Positions 9,216-19,834 of a stretch of DNA of 64,000 bases are shown here, in pieces; position 1 is the stretch's first letter; each line of letters begins with the position of its first letter. The notes under the pieces were generated by a model that was not told the DNA's origin, ran no database searches, and saw nothing but the letters and a program-made list of their open reading frames with translations. The DNA lies in contig CAWHEP010000014.1 in the NCBI GenBank assembly GCA_963828525.1, positions 326,199 through 390,198 on the forward strand, in the 5' to 3' direction. A program made the translations under genes and the position numbers. The stretch is from an uncultured Verrucomicrobiae bacterium (lineage in GTDB: Bacteria; Verrucomicrobiota; Verrucomicrobiia; Chthoniobacterales; Chthoniobacteraceae).

Positions 9216-11101
9216 TGAGGTTGTTCTCCCTGCTGTTCGGAAGACCGCTGGCCACCAACGAGGCAGACTCGCAGCGGGTCGGACCCCTTACCGGGGTGCC
9301 AATCCTCGGGCTGGATGCTCTTGGCTCAGCCTCCTATGGCCCGGAGGCGGCGCTTACAATTCTGATACCCTTGGGGGCGGTGGGCCTTGGCTATGTCAGG
9401 GAGGTTGTCGCCGTCATACTCGCTCTCCTTCTCATTCTCTATTTTTCCTACAGGCAGACCATCGCTGCCTACCCAGGGGGCGGGGGTTCTTACACAGTGG
9501 CGGCGGAGAACCTGGGCAGGCGGGCTGGCCTTGTCGCGGCGGCTTCCTTGCTGCTGGACTACGTCCTCAATGCCGCGGTTGGCATCTCAGCAGGCGTCGG
9601 AGCGTTGGAGTCGGCAGTGCCGCAACTTCAGCAGCACACGCTGGGGCTCGCCCTTGCCGTGCTCGCGTTGGTGACGCTGGTGAATCTGCGAGGAGCGCGC
9701 GAATCAGGCCTCGCATGGAGCATCCCGACCTATACCTTCATCGGAAGCCTTCTGTTTGTCCTCGGCGTCGGGATTTGGAAGACGATCCAGAGCGGCGGCC
9801 ACCCCCAGCCTGTTGTAGCGCCCGCGGCGCTTCCAGCGGCCACCGCGACCGTTAGCGCATGGCTGATCATCCGGGCCTTTGCAAGTGGGTGCACTGCAAT
9901 GACAGGCGTCGAGGCGGTGAGCAATGGTGTCCCCATCTTCTCTGAGCCGCGCGTAAAGAAGGCCCAGGCGACACTTACCATCATCTGCGGCATCCTGGGA
10001 CTGCTCCTGGGAGGAGTCGCGTTCATTTCAAGGGCCTATGGAATCGGGGCGCAGGATCAGCAGCAACCCGGTTACCAAAGCGTCATTTCACAACTGGTCG
10101 CGGCCGTCATGGGGCGGGGAGTGCTGTATTACGTGACGATTTCGAGCGTCCTCGCCGTGTTGACTCTCTCCGCGAACACGAGTTTCGCCGGTTTTCCCCG
10201 CTTGTGCCGCCTTCTTGCCGAGGATGGTTACTTGCCAGCCAGCTTTGCCAGCCTCGGACGCCGTCTTGTCTATACCCGTGGCATAATCGTGCTCTCCGCC
10301 CTGGCTGCCATGCTCCTGATCATCTTTGGAGGCATCACTGACAGGTTAATCCCTCTGTTCGCCGTCGGGGCGTTCGCGGCGTTCACCTTCTCACAAGCCG
10401 GGATGGTGGTGCATTGGTGGCGACGGAACTTTGGGCGCGTCGATATATCCCTTGTTGTCAATGGCTTGGGAGCACTGGCTACCGGGGCAGCGCTGGTCGT
10501 CATCATCGTGGCCAAATTCACGGAGGGCGCGTGGGTGAGCCTCCTGGTCATAGCGGTGTTTGTCGCAATGTTTAGCGGGATCCATCGGCACTATAAGCGT
10601 GTGGCAGCGGAACTGTGCGCCCCGCGAATACTGGAAGTGACAAAGGCGCGGCAGGTGCTCGTGCTGGTACCGATGAATGGATGGAATCGCATGACCGAAC
10701 GCGCCTTGCAGTTTGCGCTGAGGCTGTCGGGAGAAATCACGGCCGTGCATATTAGCTACAGTGAGAATGCGCATAACGAACTGAAGAGTTCATGGAACGA
10801 AAGGGTGGTGAAACCCGCGGAATCCTGTGGCATTACCGCGCCGAAACTGGCTGTGATCAATTCTCCATACAGGCAATTCTTCCAGCCATTCCTCGACTTT
10901 GTGGAGAGCGCAAAGCAGGAGCACCCGGATCAGCTTGTCGCCATCGTCATACCCGAGCTGGTTGAACCGAGATGGTGGGAATATCTGCTGCATAACAATA
11001 CGGCGGCTACGCTAAAGGCGCTCCTGCTATTCAAAGGCGACGAGCGGGTGGTGGTGATCAGCACACCGTGGTATCTTAGGGATCGCGACGCGAAGAAATA
11101 A
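9215..11101 (+). CDS. APC-family permease, KimA/YdaO-like K+ transporter
   Basis: Start MRLFSLLFGRPL overlaps the upstream TGA. LDALGSASYGPE, AYPGGGGSY, GCTAMTGVEAVSNG, SPYR and LLHNN motifs. Confidence 0.85.
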   Translation: MRLFSLLFGRPLATNEADSQRVGPLTGVPILGLDALGSASYGPEAALTILIPLGAVGLGYVREVVAVILALLLILYFSYRQTIAAYPGGGGSYTVAAENLGRRAGLVAAASLLLDYVLNAAVGISAGVGALESAVPQLQQHTLGLALAVLALVTLVNLRGARESGLAWSIPTYTFIGSLLFVLGVGIWKTIQSGGHPQPVVAPAALPAATATVSAWLIIRAFASGCTAMTGVEAVSNGVPIFSEPRVKKAQATLTIICGILGLLLGGVAFISRAYGIGAQDQQQPGYQSVISQLVAAVMGRGVLYYVTISSVLAVLTLSANTSFAGFPRLCRLLAEDGYLPASFASLGRRLVYTRGIIVLSALAAMLLIIFGGITDRLIPLFAVGAFAAFTFSQAGMVVHWWRRNFGRVDISLVVNGLGALATGAALVVIIVAKFTEGAWVSLLVIAVFVAMFSGIHRHYKRVAAELCAPRILEVTKARQVLVLVPMNGWNRMTERALQFALRLSGEITAVHISYSENAHNELKSSWNERVVKPAESCGITAPKLAVINSPYRQFFQPFLDFVESAKQEHPDQLVAIVIPELVEPRWWEYLLHNNTAATLKALLLFKGDERVVVISTPWYLRDRDAKK

Positions 11102-11118
11102 CCGCTTCATTTTGTAAT

Positions 11119-11352
11119 ATGGCCTTAGGAACCAAAGGACGGCAGAGCCAAACGGCGGAAACGTGCCGCCAGCATTTGCGGGATAAATACCGCGAGCGCG
11201 CGGGGCTTGTGGAAGAGTTCCTCCGGGAATTTGAAGGCACTGGGAAAGCGCAGAACCCGCTGCGGTGGGGCGAGTTCCGGGATAGCAAAGATGACCAGGC
11301 AGAAATGCTTGGCAGGCTGGACGAGTACTTTGAAAAGTGGCTGAACCCCTGA
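11119..11352 (+). CDS. Small hypothetical protein
   Basis: 77-aa ORF filling the gap in the same direction as its neighbours, with protein-like composition. Confidence 0.55.
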   Translation: MALGTKGRQSQTAETCRQHLRDKYRERAGLVEEFLREFEGTGKAQNPLRWGEFRDSKDDQAEMLGRLDEYFEKWLNP

Positions 11353-11418
11353 GACGCGATTGCGATTCAGACTCAACGTTTCCTTTGCGCCAGCGCGCGG
11401 AGTTCCTATGCTGACGGC

Positions 11419-12355
11419 ATGAGATTCACTTACGAAGAGACCTCCCGGGATGGCCATGTGCTGGATGTTCTGACAGACAATGATTCAGGATTGCGCATCG
11501 CCGTTTCACGATTAGGAGCCGAGCTGGTCTCACTGGCGCGCAGGGATGGGAATGGTGAATGGGTGGGTTTTCTCTATAGGGACGGCGACGTGACGCCCGC
11601 GGAGGGTTGGAGCAACCATTCCACCTTGATGGGGTACTGACACGCATCGGATCAAGGACGGGCATACCCAATATGAGGGGCATGAGATTCATGGCGATAC
11701 GCATAGTTTTCTTCGGCATAAGGTATTCGCGAAGCCCGAGATCGAGGTCGAGTCCCGCGCCGCGATCACCTACCGGCTCGCTCCCAGCCATATTAACAAG
11801 GGGGAATATCCATTCCGTGTGGCGTTCGCCATCACTTACGCGCTGGATGGTGACACGTTGCGTGTCACTTTTGAGTTCGAAAACCTGGATGCTGAGACAC
11901 GCTATGTCAGTTTCGGGCTGCACCCCGGGTTTGCCGGAGATACGATGGAATGTTGCGACGTCCGGATGCCCGCTGGAAAATACGCGCGGTTGCTTGCGCC
12001 TGGTAATTTTCTCTCAGGTGATGAGGAGGAGTTCGATTTTGAAGGCGGACCGATGCCTTTTAAAAAGTCCGAGTTGCCGATCTCATTTTTGCTGGAGTTG
12101 AAGAAAGTGGAAGCGCCTCTGTTTGTGTTTGAGGAGAGTGTCACCCGCAGGAGCGTGTATCTGAATTTCGCGGGAGTTCCTTACGTCACGATTTGGAGTG
12201 ACGGGCATGGCTTCATCTGTGTGGAGCCGTGCTGGGGCCTGCCAGATCATCACGCGCAACGACCATTCGAAAAGAAAAAAGGCATTCAGGAAATACCCGC
12301 GGGAGCGGTATTGCGACGGAGCTTCACCATGGCTCCAGTACCTGGGCAAGTGTAG
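11419..12355 (+). pseudogene. Aldose 1-epimerase-family protein with a +1 indel near 11639 (possibly a sequencing error)
   Basis: Removing one base from GGG TAC TGA CAC G gives GYYTHRIKDG...EYPFRVAF, joining ORFs 11419-11640 and 11819-12355. GAELVSL, SFGLHPGF and FICVEPCWG motifs. Confidence 0.8.
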
Positions 12356-12358
12356 CGG

Positions 12359-13237
12359 TTAGCTGGCCGCGAAGCGCTTGCCCAGGAATTTGCTCATCGG
12401 CCAGAGCACAATGAGCGCGGCGCCGGCGACGACGCCCGCCTTGCCCGGCGCGCCCATGCAGAAGGCCGATTGCAACAAAAGCAGATTCCGGATGAGCGCT
12501 CCAATCTGAGGGGGTAGCGGTGACAGGGGGCCATTGCGCGCCTTGTCTGCCACGAACCCCGCCTGCAGGCAGGCGAGGGTGAAAGGCGCCAAAGGCAGCA
12601 GGCTTCCAAGCGGATTTACAAAGGCGAACAAGACTCCACCCGTGACAAGGGTGAGACAAGGAAGACCCTCCGCAAACCGGGGGCGGACGCGGGTGGTCTC
12701 GTGCCGCGCCAGGTTTGTGACAGCGGCGATGTAGAGGGTTAGCAGCAGCGCGGAGAGCAGGAGAGTATCAGTCCACGGAGACCCCGCCGCCGCGGAGCCC
12801 AGGCACAGGCTCAATCCCCTGCAAAGTCCCATGGTGAGCGGTCCAACAACTCCAAACTTCTTGAGGCCAGCGTTATACGAGACAATGCAGACGAGCAGAC
12901 CCGCTCCCACGCGTAGAACGGTTAAACCTGAAATAGCGCAAAAGATCAGCGCGATGAGAAAAAGAGCCGACGCCGCGATCCAGACAATTTTTTTCGAAGC
13001 ATTGCCGCTAGGCAGCGGCCTTTGCGGCCGATCTCGCGCGTCTTCATCAAAATCCAGAAGATCATTCAGCAACAGCCCGCCCGCGTAAAAGAGGACGCTT
13101 GCCGCCACAGGCAATAGAGCGCGGAGTGACAACGCTCCAGCCGAGGCGAGAAGAAATCCGGCGAGGGGATCCCCAGGGACGGTGAGGAGATTAGGCGCCC
13201 GGAAAAGCTGCAGCCAAGTCTTTAGCGTTTGGCGCAT
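12359..13237 (-). CDS. UbiA-family prenyltransferase (EboC-like)
   Basis: RAPNLLTVPGD, LLLNDLLDFDEDARDRPQRPLPSG and MGLCRG motifs. Confidence 0.85.
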   Translation of the reverse strand: MRQTLKTWLQLFRAPNLLTVPGDPLAGFLLASAGALSLRALLPVAASVLFYAGGLLLNDLLDFDEDARDRPQRPLPSGNASKKIVWIAASALFLIALIFCAISGLTVLRVGAGLLVCIVSYNAGLKKFGVVGPLTMGLCRGLSLCLGSAAAGSPWTDTLLLSALLLTLYIAAVTNLARHETTRVRPRFAEGLPCLTLVTGGVLFAFVNPLGSLLPLAPFTLACLQAGFVADKARNGPLSPLPPQIGALIRNLLLLQSAFCMGAPGKAGVVAGAALIVLWPMSKFLGKRFAAS

Positions 13238-13358
13238 TTAGGGAGCCGGCGAGAGTTGCGCGAGGGCTGCGTTAATACCAGACTCGTCACATCGGCCAGC
13301 GCCGAACGCCCGGCTTGCATGCGCATGCTCTGGATGACTACCATTCCGGCCCCTCCCC

Positions 13359-14654
13359 ATGAATTCCACAATCATTTCCCCTCGCGACAGGGGCTCCTTC
13401 CGCTGGGTAATCTGCGCGCTCCTGTTTTTTGCAACATCGATCAATTATGTGGATCGGCAGATACTTTCGCTCGTAAAGCCGATCCTCGATGATCAGCTAA
13501 AATGGAGCAACGAGCAGTTTGGCCTCATCAATTCAGCTTTTCAAGGGGCTTACGGACTCAGCCTGCTGGGGTTTGGGTGGTTCATTGATCGTTTCGGCAC
13601 AAAGCTGGGCTACGCGGTTTCGATTGCAGCCTGGAGTCTGATGGCCATCGCCCATTCGCTCGTGGGCAGCATACGGGGCTTCATGCTCGTGCGTGTCGCG
13701 TTAGGGATCGGCGAGGGGGGAAACTTTCCATCCGCGATCAAGGCAGTCGCGCTGTGGCACCCGAAGAAGGAACGCGCGTTTGCCACGAGCCTCTTTAACT
13801 CTGGCGCGAACGTGGGAGCGATCATCGCGCCAGCCATCGTGCCATGGCTCGCGGTGCGGTGGGGATGGCACGCGCCCTTCATCGTCGCCGGCCTGGCGGG
13901 TTTCGTTTGGTTGTTTTTGTGGGTTCCGCTCTATCAGGTTCCGGAGAAATCCAGGTTCCTCGGGGCCGCAGAGATGGCTTACATCCGGGAAGGCCGCGAG
14001 GCGGATCAAGCGGCTGTTCCCTGGGCGCGATTACTCCGCTATCGCCAGACATGGTCTTTTATCACGGCGAAATTCCTGACGGACCCGATTTGGTGGTTCT
14101 TCCTGATCTGGCTGCCGGACTTTTTTAAGAAGACGCGCGGGCTCGACATCAAAACAAGCTGGATACACCTGGTCACCATCTACTCGATCATTACCGTGTT
14201 GAGCATCGCCGGCAGTTGGGCAACCGGCTCTCTCGCCGAGCGGGGATGGTCAATTACCAGGGCGCGAAAGACGGGGATGCTGCTGTTTGCGCTCCTTGTC
14301 GTGCCGATCTTCGCTGTGACATGGGTCGGAGACTGGACAGCCGTTCTTTTGATTGGCCTGGCTGGGGCGGCCCACCAGGCGTGGTCGGCAAATCTCTTCA
14401 CCACGGTCTCAGACATGTTTCCCAAGCAGGCTATTGCGTCTGTCACGGGGATCGGCGGGCTAGCGGGCGCCGTCGGCGGGATGATCTTCCCGTTTTTCAC
14501 AGGGTGGTTATTGGACCGCTTTGCGGGCGCTCACAACGTGACCGGAGGCTACACAGTGCTATTTGGCATCTGCGCCGCAGCCTACCTGGTTGCGTTCGCC
14601 ATCAATCATCTGCTTGCTCCACGGTTTGTGCCTTTTGAAATGGAGGCTGATTAA
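13359..14654 (+). CDS. MFS transporter, ExuT-like hexuronate transporter
   Basis: RWVICALLFFATSINYVDRQ, KFLTDPIWWFFLIWLP and AAHQAWSAN motifs. Confidence 0.85.
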   Translation: MNSTIISPRDRGSFRWVICALLFFATSINYVDRQILSLVKPILDDQLKWSNEQFGLINSAFQGAYGLSLLGFGWFIDRFGTKLGYAVSIAAWSLMAIAHSLVGSIRGFMLVRVALGIGEGGNFPSAIKAVALWHPKKERAFATSLFNSGANVGAIIAPAIVPWLAVRWGWHAPFIVAGLAGFVWLFLWVPLYQVPEKSRFLGAAEMAYIREGREADQAAVPWARLLRYRQTWSFITAKFLTDPIWWFFLIWLPDFFKKTRGLDIKTSWIHLVTIYSIITVLSIAGSWATGSLAERGWSITRARKTGMLLFALLVVPIFAVTWVGDWTAVLLIGLAGAAHQAWSANLFTTVSDMFPKQAIASVTGIGGLAGAVGGMIFPFFTGWLLDRFAGAHNVTGGYTVLFGICAAAYLVAFAINHLLAPRFVPFEMEAD

Positions 14655-14662
14655 CCGGGCGA

Positions 14663-15736
14663 TCACTCCAAACGGATCGCCGACGCTTGAGCCTGGAGGC
14701 AGAGTTCCGCGGCCAGGAACGCGTGGGCCTGGGTCATCGCTGTTTCCGTGCGGTTCAGGCAATCCAGTATGAGGCGGCCGAAGAAGGGGAAGCCTGCTTT
14801 CCCGTGGACAGATAATCGTTCCTCTCCTTTTTCGGTTACCAGGTAAAGCTGGTCGCCCTCCTGCTCCCTGCCCACATCGATATATTTTCGCAGCTCGATG
14901 TAACCTTTCGTGCCCAGGATGATCGTGCGGCCGTCGCCCCATGTGCCAAGCCCATCGGGCGTGAACCAGTCCACTCGGAAATAATTCGTCGCGCCATTGT
15001 CGGCGAGGAGGTTCGCTTCCCCGAAGTCCTCGAGTTCCGGGCGCGACTTGTTCCCATAGTTGGCCACAGCGGAGTACGAAACTTTCGCCCCTGTGGCTCC
15101 AGTATAAAATAGAAACTGCTCGATCTGGTGACTTCCGATATCGCACAGGATGCCGCCGTATTTCGCCTTTTGAAAAAACCACTCGGGACGTGAGGGCGCG
15201 TTGAGACGATGAGGGCCCAGCCCAAGCACCTGCAGAACGCGTCCTATGACGCCCTCGGATATAAGCTGGCCGGCGAATACCGCGCACTCCACGTGCAACC
15301 TTTCGCTATAGTAAACCATGTACTTCCTGCCGGTGGCGGTCACTTTCTTCCGCGCGGCTTGCAGTTGCTCCATCGCCGTAAAAGGAGTCTTGTCGGTGAA
15401 GTAATCTTTGCCCGCGTCCATCACCCGCAAACCCAAAGGCCCCCGGTCGCAGGGAATTGCCGCCGCGGCTACGAGCCGAATTTCAGGATCGTCGAGAATT
15501 TGAGCCTCGCTTTTCGCGAGGCGGACGTCCGGGAACTTTTCCTGAAAGGCGCGCATCTTCCCGGCATCCGGATCGAAAACCCAGCGCAGTTCGCCGCCTG
15601 CTTCCAGCAGGCCGTTGCACTGACCGTAGATGTGGCCGTGATCCAGCCCGATAGCCGCGAACGGAAACTCGCGCGGGTCGCAGACCGGCGCGGGCTTGCC
15701 CTGAGGGGCATACGTCATTCCGTCGGCTTTATCCAT
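14663..15736 (-). CDS. Gfo/Idh/MocA oxidoreductase
   Basis: GLDHGHIYG, DYFTDKTP and YGGILCDIGSHQ motifs. Confidence 0.85.
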   Translation of the reverse strand: MDKADGMTYAPQGKPAPVCDPREFPFAAIGLDHGHIYGQCNGLLEAGGELRWVFDPDAGKMRAFQEKFPDVRLAKSEAQILDDPEIRLVAAAAIPCDRGPLGLRVMDAGKDYFTDKTPFTAMEQLQAARKKVTATGRKYMVYYSERLHVECAVFAGQLISEGVIGRVLQVLGLGPHRLNAPSRPEWFFQKAKYGGILCDIGSHQIEQFLFYTGATGAKVSYSAVANYGNKSRPELEDFGEANLLADNGATNYFRVDWFTPDGLGTWGDGRTIILGTKGYIELRKYIDVGREQEGDQLYLVTEKGEERLSVHGKAGFPFFGRLILDCLNRTETAMTQAHAFLAAELCLQAQASAIRLE

Positions 15737-15739
15737 TTT

Positions 15740-16396
15740 TCAACGCTTCCGGCAGAACTGGATGCCGTCGGCGATGGGTAACAGCGCGCATTCCACACGC
15801 GGATCGGCGGCCAGTTTCTTGTTCAGGCTGTCCAAAGCGCGCGAGCGATCATCCAATTCGTCCGGTTTAATGATCCTGCCGCCTGCCAGCATGTTGTCAA
15901 ACAACAGGATGCCGTCCTGGCGCACTCGTGGGAGGATCGCCTCGTAGTAGCCATCATAGCCAGTCTTGTCCGCGTCGATGAAGACGAAGTCGAACTTCAG
16001 TCCGGGTTCAAGAGCGGCGAGCAGGTCCGGGCCCTTTCCGACTCGCAAATCGATCTTGTGAGCGACGCCCGCTTCCTGCCAATAGCGGCGGGCGATGGAC
16101 GTCCATTCCGCGCTCTCATCGATGCAGATCAGCCGCCCGTGTTGCTTCAAGCCTCGCGCGATGCAGATGGAACTGTAGCCGGTGAAAGTTCCGATCTCGA
16201 TTGCAGAAGCCGCGCCAGAAGCCGCCGCGAGGATGGTGAGGAAACTCCCCTGTTCATCGCTTATTTGCATCCTGCTATCGTCACCCAACGTCTCGGTCTC
16301 AGCGCGAAGGCGCGCCAGAAGAGGGTCGCCCGCGCCGGACCTTTGCTGGAGCATGTATCCGTATAAGGCGGGTGTGAGTTCAGTGTACTTCGCCAT
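15740..16396 (-). CDS. O-methyltransferase (CCoAOMT-like, family 3)
   Basis: EIGTFTGYS, FDFVFIDADK and FDNML motifs. Confidence 0.9.
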   Translation of the reverse strand: MAKYTELTPALYGYMLQQRSGAGDPLLARLRAETETLGDDSRMQISDEQGSFLTILAAASGAASAIEIGTFTGYSSICIARGLKQHGRLICIDESAEWTSIARRYWQEAGVAHKIDLRVGKGPDLLAALEPGLKFDFVFIDADKTGYDGYYEAILPRVRQDGILLFDNMLAGGRIIKPDELDDRSRALDSLNKKLAADPRVECALLPIADGIQFCRKR

Positions 16397-16408
16397 TTTT
16401 TCAACGTG

Positions 16409-18992
16409 CTACCGGTTCCAGTTAAAGGCCAGAATCACGGCGTTGTAAACCATATGCGCCGTGATCGGCGCAAGGAGCAGCCCGCATTTTTCAAAGCTGA
16501 GCGCCGCTCCGATACCGAGGCAAAAAACCGGCAGGGCGGAGATTGGCGGATGCACGATGGCAAAGATCGCCGCGCTCGCAAAGACAGCCATTCCGGGGGA
16601 GACGGAGCGGCGCAAACCCCGGAAGATGAGACCGCGAAAGATATATTCTTCGAAAAGAGGCGCGGCAACCACAGCGAGACCAGCCAGCCACCAGCGGCTC
16701 AACTCGCTGAAAAGCCGCGGAGTCTTGAGCGCTTCTCTGACGGTCTCTCGCAGCGGTTCGAACCTTTCAAGCGCCAGCATGTACCACACCCCAATCGCGG
16801 CGGCGGCAAGGCCCGCGCCTGCGCCAGTCAGCAAAGCCTGCGGGATGGACCCCGCTTCAGACTTGAAGCCCACCACGGCGAATAAATGCGGAACCTTTTG
16901 CCGCCAGAAGACGTAGAGCGAAAAAAGCGCCGTGGCCGCGCCGGCGCAGATGAACGCGAGGACGATGCTCGCGCTGAGAGGGAGCTCGAACCTGGCGAGC
17001 AGGCCGGCGCAAAGCCCCTGCAAGATGAAGAAGGCGAGCACGGCCATGAGCCCGTCCGCCAGCGAGATGCCGGGCGGCGGCTCAACCTGCGGATCGAGCA
17101 TATAGGGCGTCCGGTCTCGCACCTTCTGCCAGAGGGCGTATGCGAGAAGAGAGGAGAGGACGACCTGCACGACTTTGGTCCAAATGGAATCGGAGTAGAG
17201 AGCATAACCAAACAGGCTCGCGAGAAGCATGTAGAGGTACACCATGTCTGGCCGGAAGCGTCGTCTCACCTCCACTTCCAGTGGATCGGTTGCCAGGACG
17301 CCGATGCCCGACGCGATGAAGGAATAGATGACCACGCCGATGAGCGCCAGAACCGCATGGGGAGCAGCCTCCAGCGCGGAGCCGCTCCCTGCCACCATGC
17401 AGAAGGCCATCGCGCTGCCGGTGTAGAGCAGCGCAAAGCCTGTCCAGAGAAGCGTCTTCTGAAGCAACAGAGAATGGAGAGGCCGCGGGAAAGTGTAGAG
17501 CATCCAAAGAGAATTGCCTTCAACGGCGAGGACGCTAAACGCGGTGGACAGGAGGGTGTACGCCCCCAAGGCCAAATGCGACAGCGGAAGCATGGCGGGA
17601 GTTCCCCATTGCCGCTCGCAACAGCATGGGGTTGAAGAGCAGTTGATAGCCGACGAAAATGAGCGGAACGATCATGGTTTGAACCAGGAAATTGCGATCG
17701 CGCAGGAGCAGGCGGATGTCCTTGCCCAGGATGCCTCTCAGGAAAGAAGCCGGTGAGGCGCTCTGGGTGGAGATTCCCCGTTTGCCTTCATACACGGCGG
17801 GAGAGGTGATCAAGCCGGTGCTGACCATCCACTCGAAAAAGAGAACGCAGACCACTGTGAGCAGGACTGAATATCCGACCATCACCACGGGACAGAGCCA
17901 CGTTTCGATTCCTCCCCTGCAAAGCAAAAGCGGCACAGTGACAGGGTTCCAGAGGGTTGCAGCGGGCAGATGCCGGCAGAAGGCTGTTATCCTCTCATCG
18001 GCTCCTTCAAGTCGCGTGAGGGCGAGAAGGAGGAAAAAAGAGAGTATGCCCGCGAGTGTGAAGAACGCTTGAAAGTTCTTTAGTTTGGCAGGCGCGAAAG
18101 TCTTCCGAAGAAGCGTTTCCGCCACCCCGCGCGCCGCCGCAATGATGAGGTTCAAGTAGAGGGTGGAGAGGAGAGCGGCAGGGATGAACCACGAGAGGCT
18201 TGCCGACGCGAATATGACAAGCAATGTCGGGAAACAAACGATCCAGCCGAGAGGATCGATCAATGTATGCGCCAGCACCCCGGCCAGGCAAAGGCTGCGG
18301 GCGGAGACCGGAAGAGTGAACAACCATTCGAGGTTGCCTTCCACCTTGCCGAGATCCTGGTTGGCGCTGCCGAGCGCTGTGCAAAATCTCCAGGAGGTCA
18401 ACAGGGCCAGGATGACGCCCATTGAAAGGGCGAACACAACGCCTTCGGCGCTCCGCCATAACGCGAACTTTGGGAAGAATACGCTGCTGGTGTCCTCCTT
18501 AAAGCCGGACGATCCCTTTTCATCAAAGAGCTTGCGCATGGTTGGAATGGAATTCCCCTTTGAGCTTGCGGGATAACGCCGCCCCATTTCGTCGAGTAAC
18601 GCCTGGTTTAGGTAGTTGTCCCATTTTCGGCGGGAGTCGCTCGCAGCAGTGTCCACCGGCCCGCTCTTAAGCCGTCGCAAAGCGGTTTCGGTTTTGAGGA
18701 TTGCCCGGTAGGTATGAGGTCCCACCAGCATCACCGTGGAAGCGTCCGGACGGAGAATATCCGCGATCTTTTTTACGAGTGAGGAACCAAGGTTGAGCGC
18801 GTTGAACATCATGAGCAGCGAGAACACAACCACCCACGCAACGCCACCGACTCCTTTCCTTCCGGTGCCTGCCCGCTTCGCGGACGCTTTCCGCCGCCGC
18901 CGTGATCTACCCAGGCGGTTTACAAGCCGGCGCGTGTGCATCCTCGTCAGCAGCAGGACGGTTCTCGCGGAACCGGGAGGCTGGGGCATCAT
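16409..18992 (-). pseudogene. ABC-type membrane protein fused to a CPBP/Abi intramembrane protease; +1 indel in the C run at 17563-17567
   Basis: Removing one C joins ...AFGLG to AYTLLSTAFS.... KDIRLLLRD permease motif. C-terminal PLFEEYIFRG, FAIVH and HMVYN CPBP motifs. Confidence 0.75.
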
Positions 18993-19732
18993 ACGAGCGC
19001 GGAAGAGTCGCGTGTCACGGAGAAGAAGATTTCTTCGAGTGAACCGTCGCTGTGGCTGCTCGCGCGCAACTCGTCGAGCGTTCCGGACGCGGCAAGCCGG
19101 CCCTTATAAACGATGCCAACACGCTTGCAGAGTTTCTCTGCCTGGTCGAGCAGGTGGGTGCTGTAAAAGATGGTTTTTCCCTCCGCCGCCTTCTCCCGCA
19201 CCAGTTCATGCAACGATCGGGTCGCGTAGGGATCCAGGCCATTTGTCGGTTCATCCAGGATGAGAAGCGCCGGGTCGTGGATAAGCGCGCAAATCAGAGC
19301 CAGCTTCTTCTTCATACCCTTGGAGTAATTCACCGCGTATTCATTTACCGCGTCCAGCAGTTCGAGCCTCCCGAGAAGCGGGTCGGCGCGGGAGCGGATC
19401 TCTTCTCTTGAAAGGCCATGCATCTCGCCCACAAAATTGATGAGCTCCCTTCCGCGCAGATAGTCGTAGAAGACCGGCTCATCCGGCAGATAGCCTACCC
19501 GCCGCTTCACCTCCACCCGATCTAGGAAACAGTCCAGTCCATCGATTTTAGCTGTGCCGGTGGTCGGCTGGAGAATACCCATCAGCATGCGGATCGTCGT
19601 TGTTTTTCCGGCTCCGTTTGGCCCGAGCAAGGCGAAGATTTCTCCGCGCGGAACCTCCAGGCGGAGATTCGATACGGCGTCGAATGTTCCGTATCGTTTC
19701 CCAAGATCGTTGATTTCCACGAGCGGAGTCAT
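18989..19732 (-). CDS. ABC transporter ATP-binding protein
   Basis: GPNGAGKTT, YSKGM and LDEPT motifs; start MTPLVEIND. Confidence 0.92.
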   Translation of the reverse strand: MTPLVEINDLGKRYGTFDAVSNLRLEVPRGEIFALLGPNGAGKTTTIRMLMGILQPTTGTAKIDGLDCFLDRVEVKRRVGYLPDEPVFYDYLRGRELINFVGEMHGLSREEIRSRADPLLGRLELLDAVNEYAVNYSKGMKKKLALICALIHDPALLILDEPTNGLDPYATRSLHELVREKAAEGKTIFYSTHLLDQAEKLCKRVGIVYKGRLAASGTLDELRASSHSDGSLEEIFFSVTRDSSALV

Positions 19733-19834
19733 GACCCAACTTCTACCCGAGCGGAGCGCCGTTGGATAGAAGGACTCTGCGCGACGCTCCGCAAAAACGC
19801 TCGAAACATCCCTGCCTTCGTGCAAAACAAAGGC

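Noticed and set aside
11632..11642. Programmed +1 frameshift at TAC-TGA-C (prfB-like)
   Set aside because: There is no slippery CTT-T codon. A single inserted base next to GTAC explains it, as at other sites.
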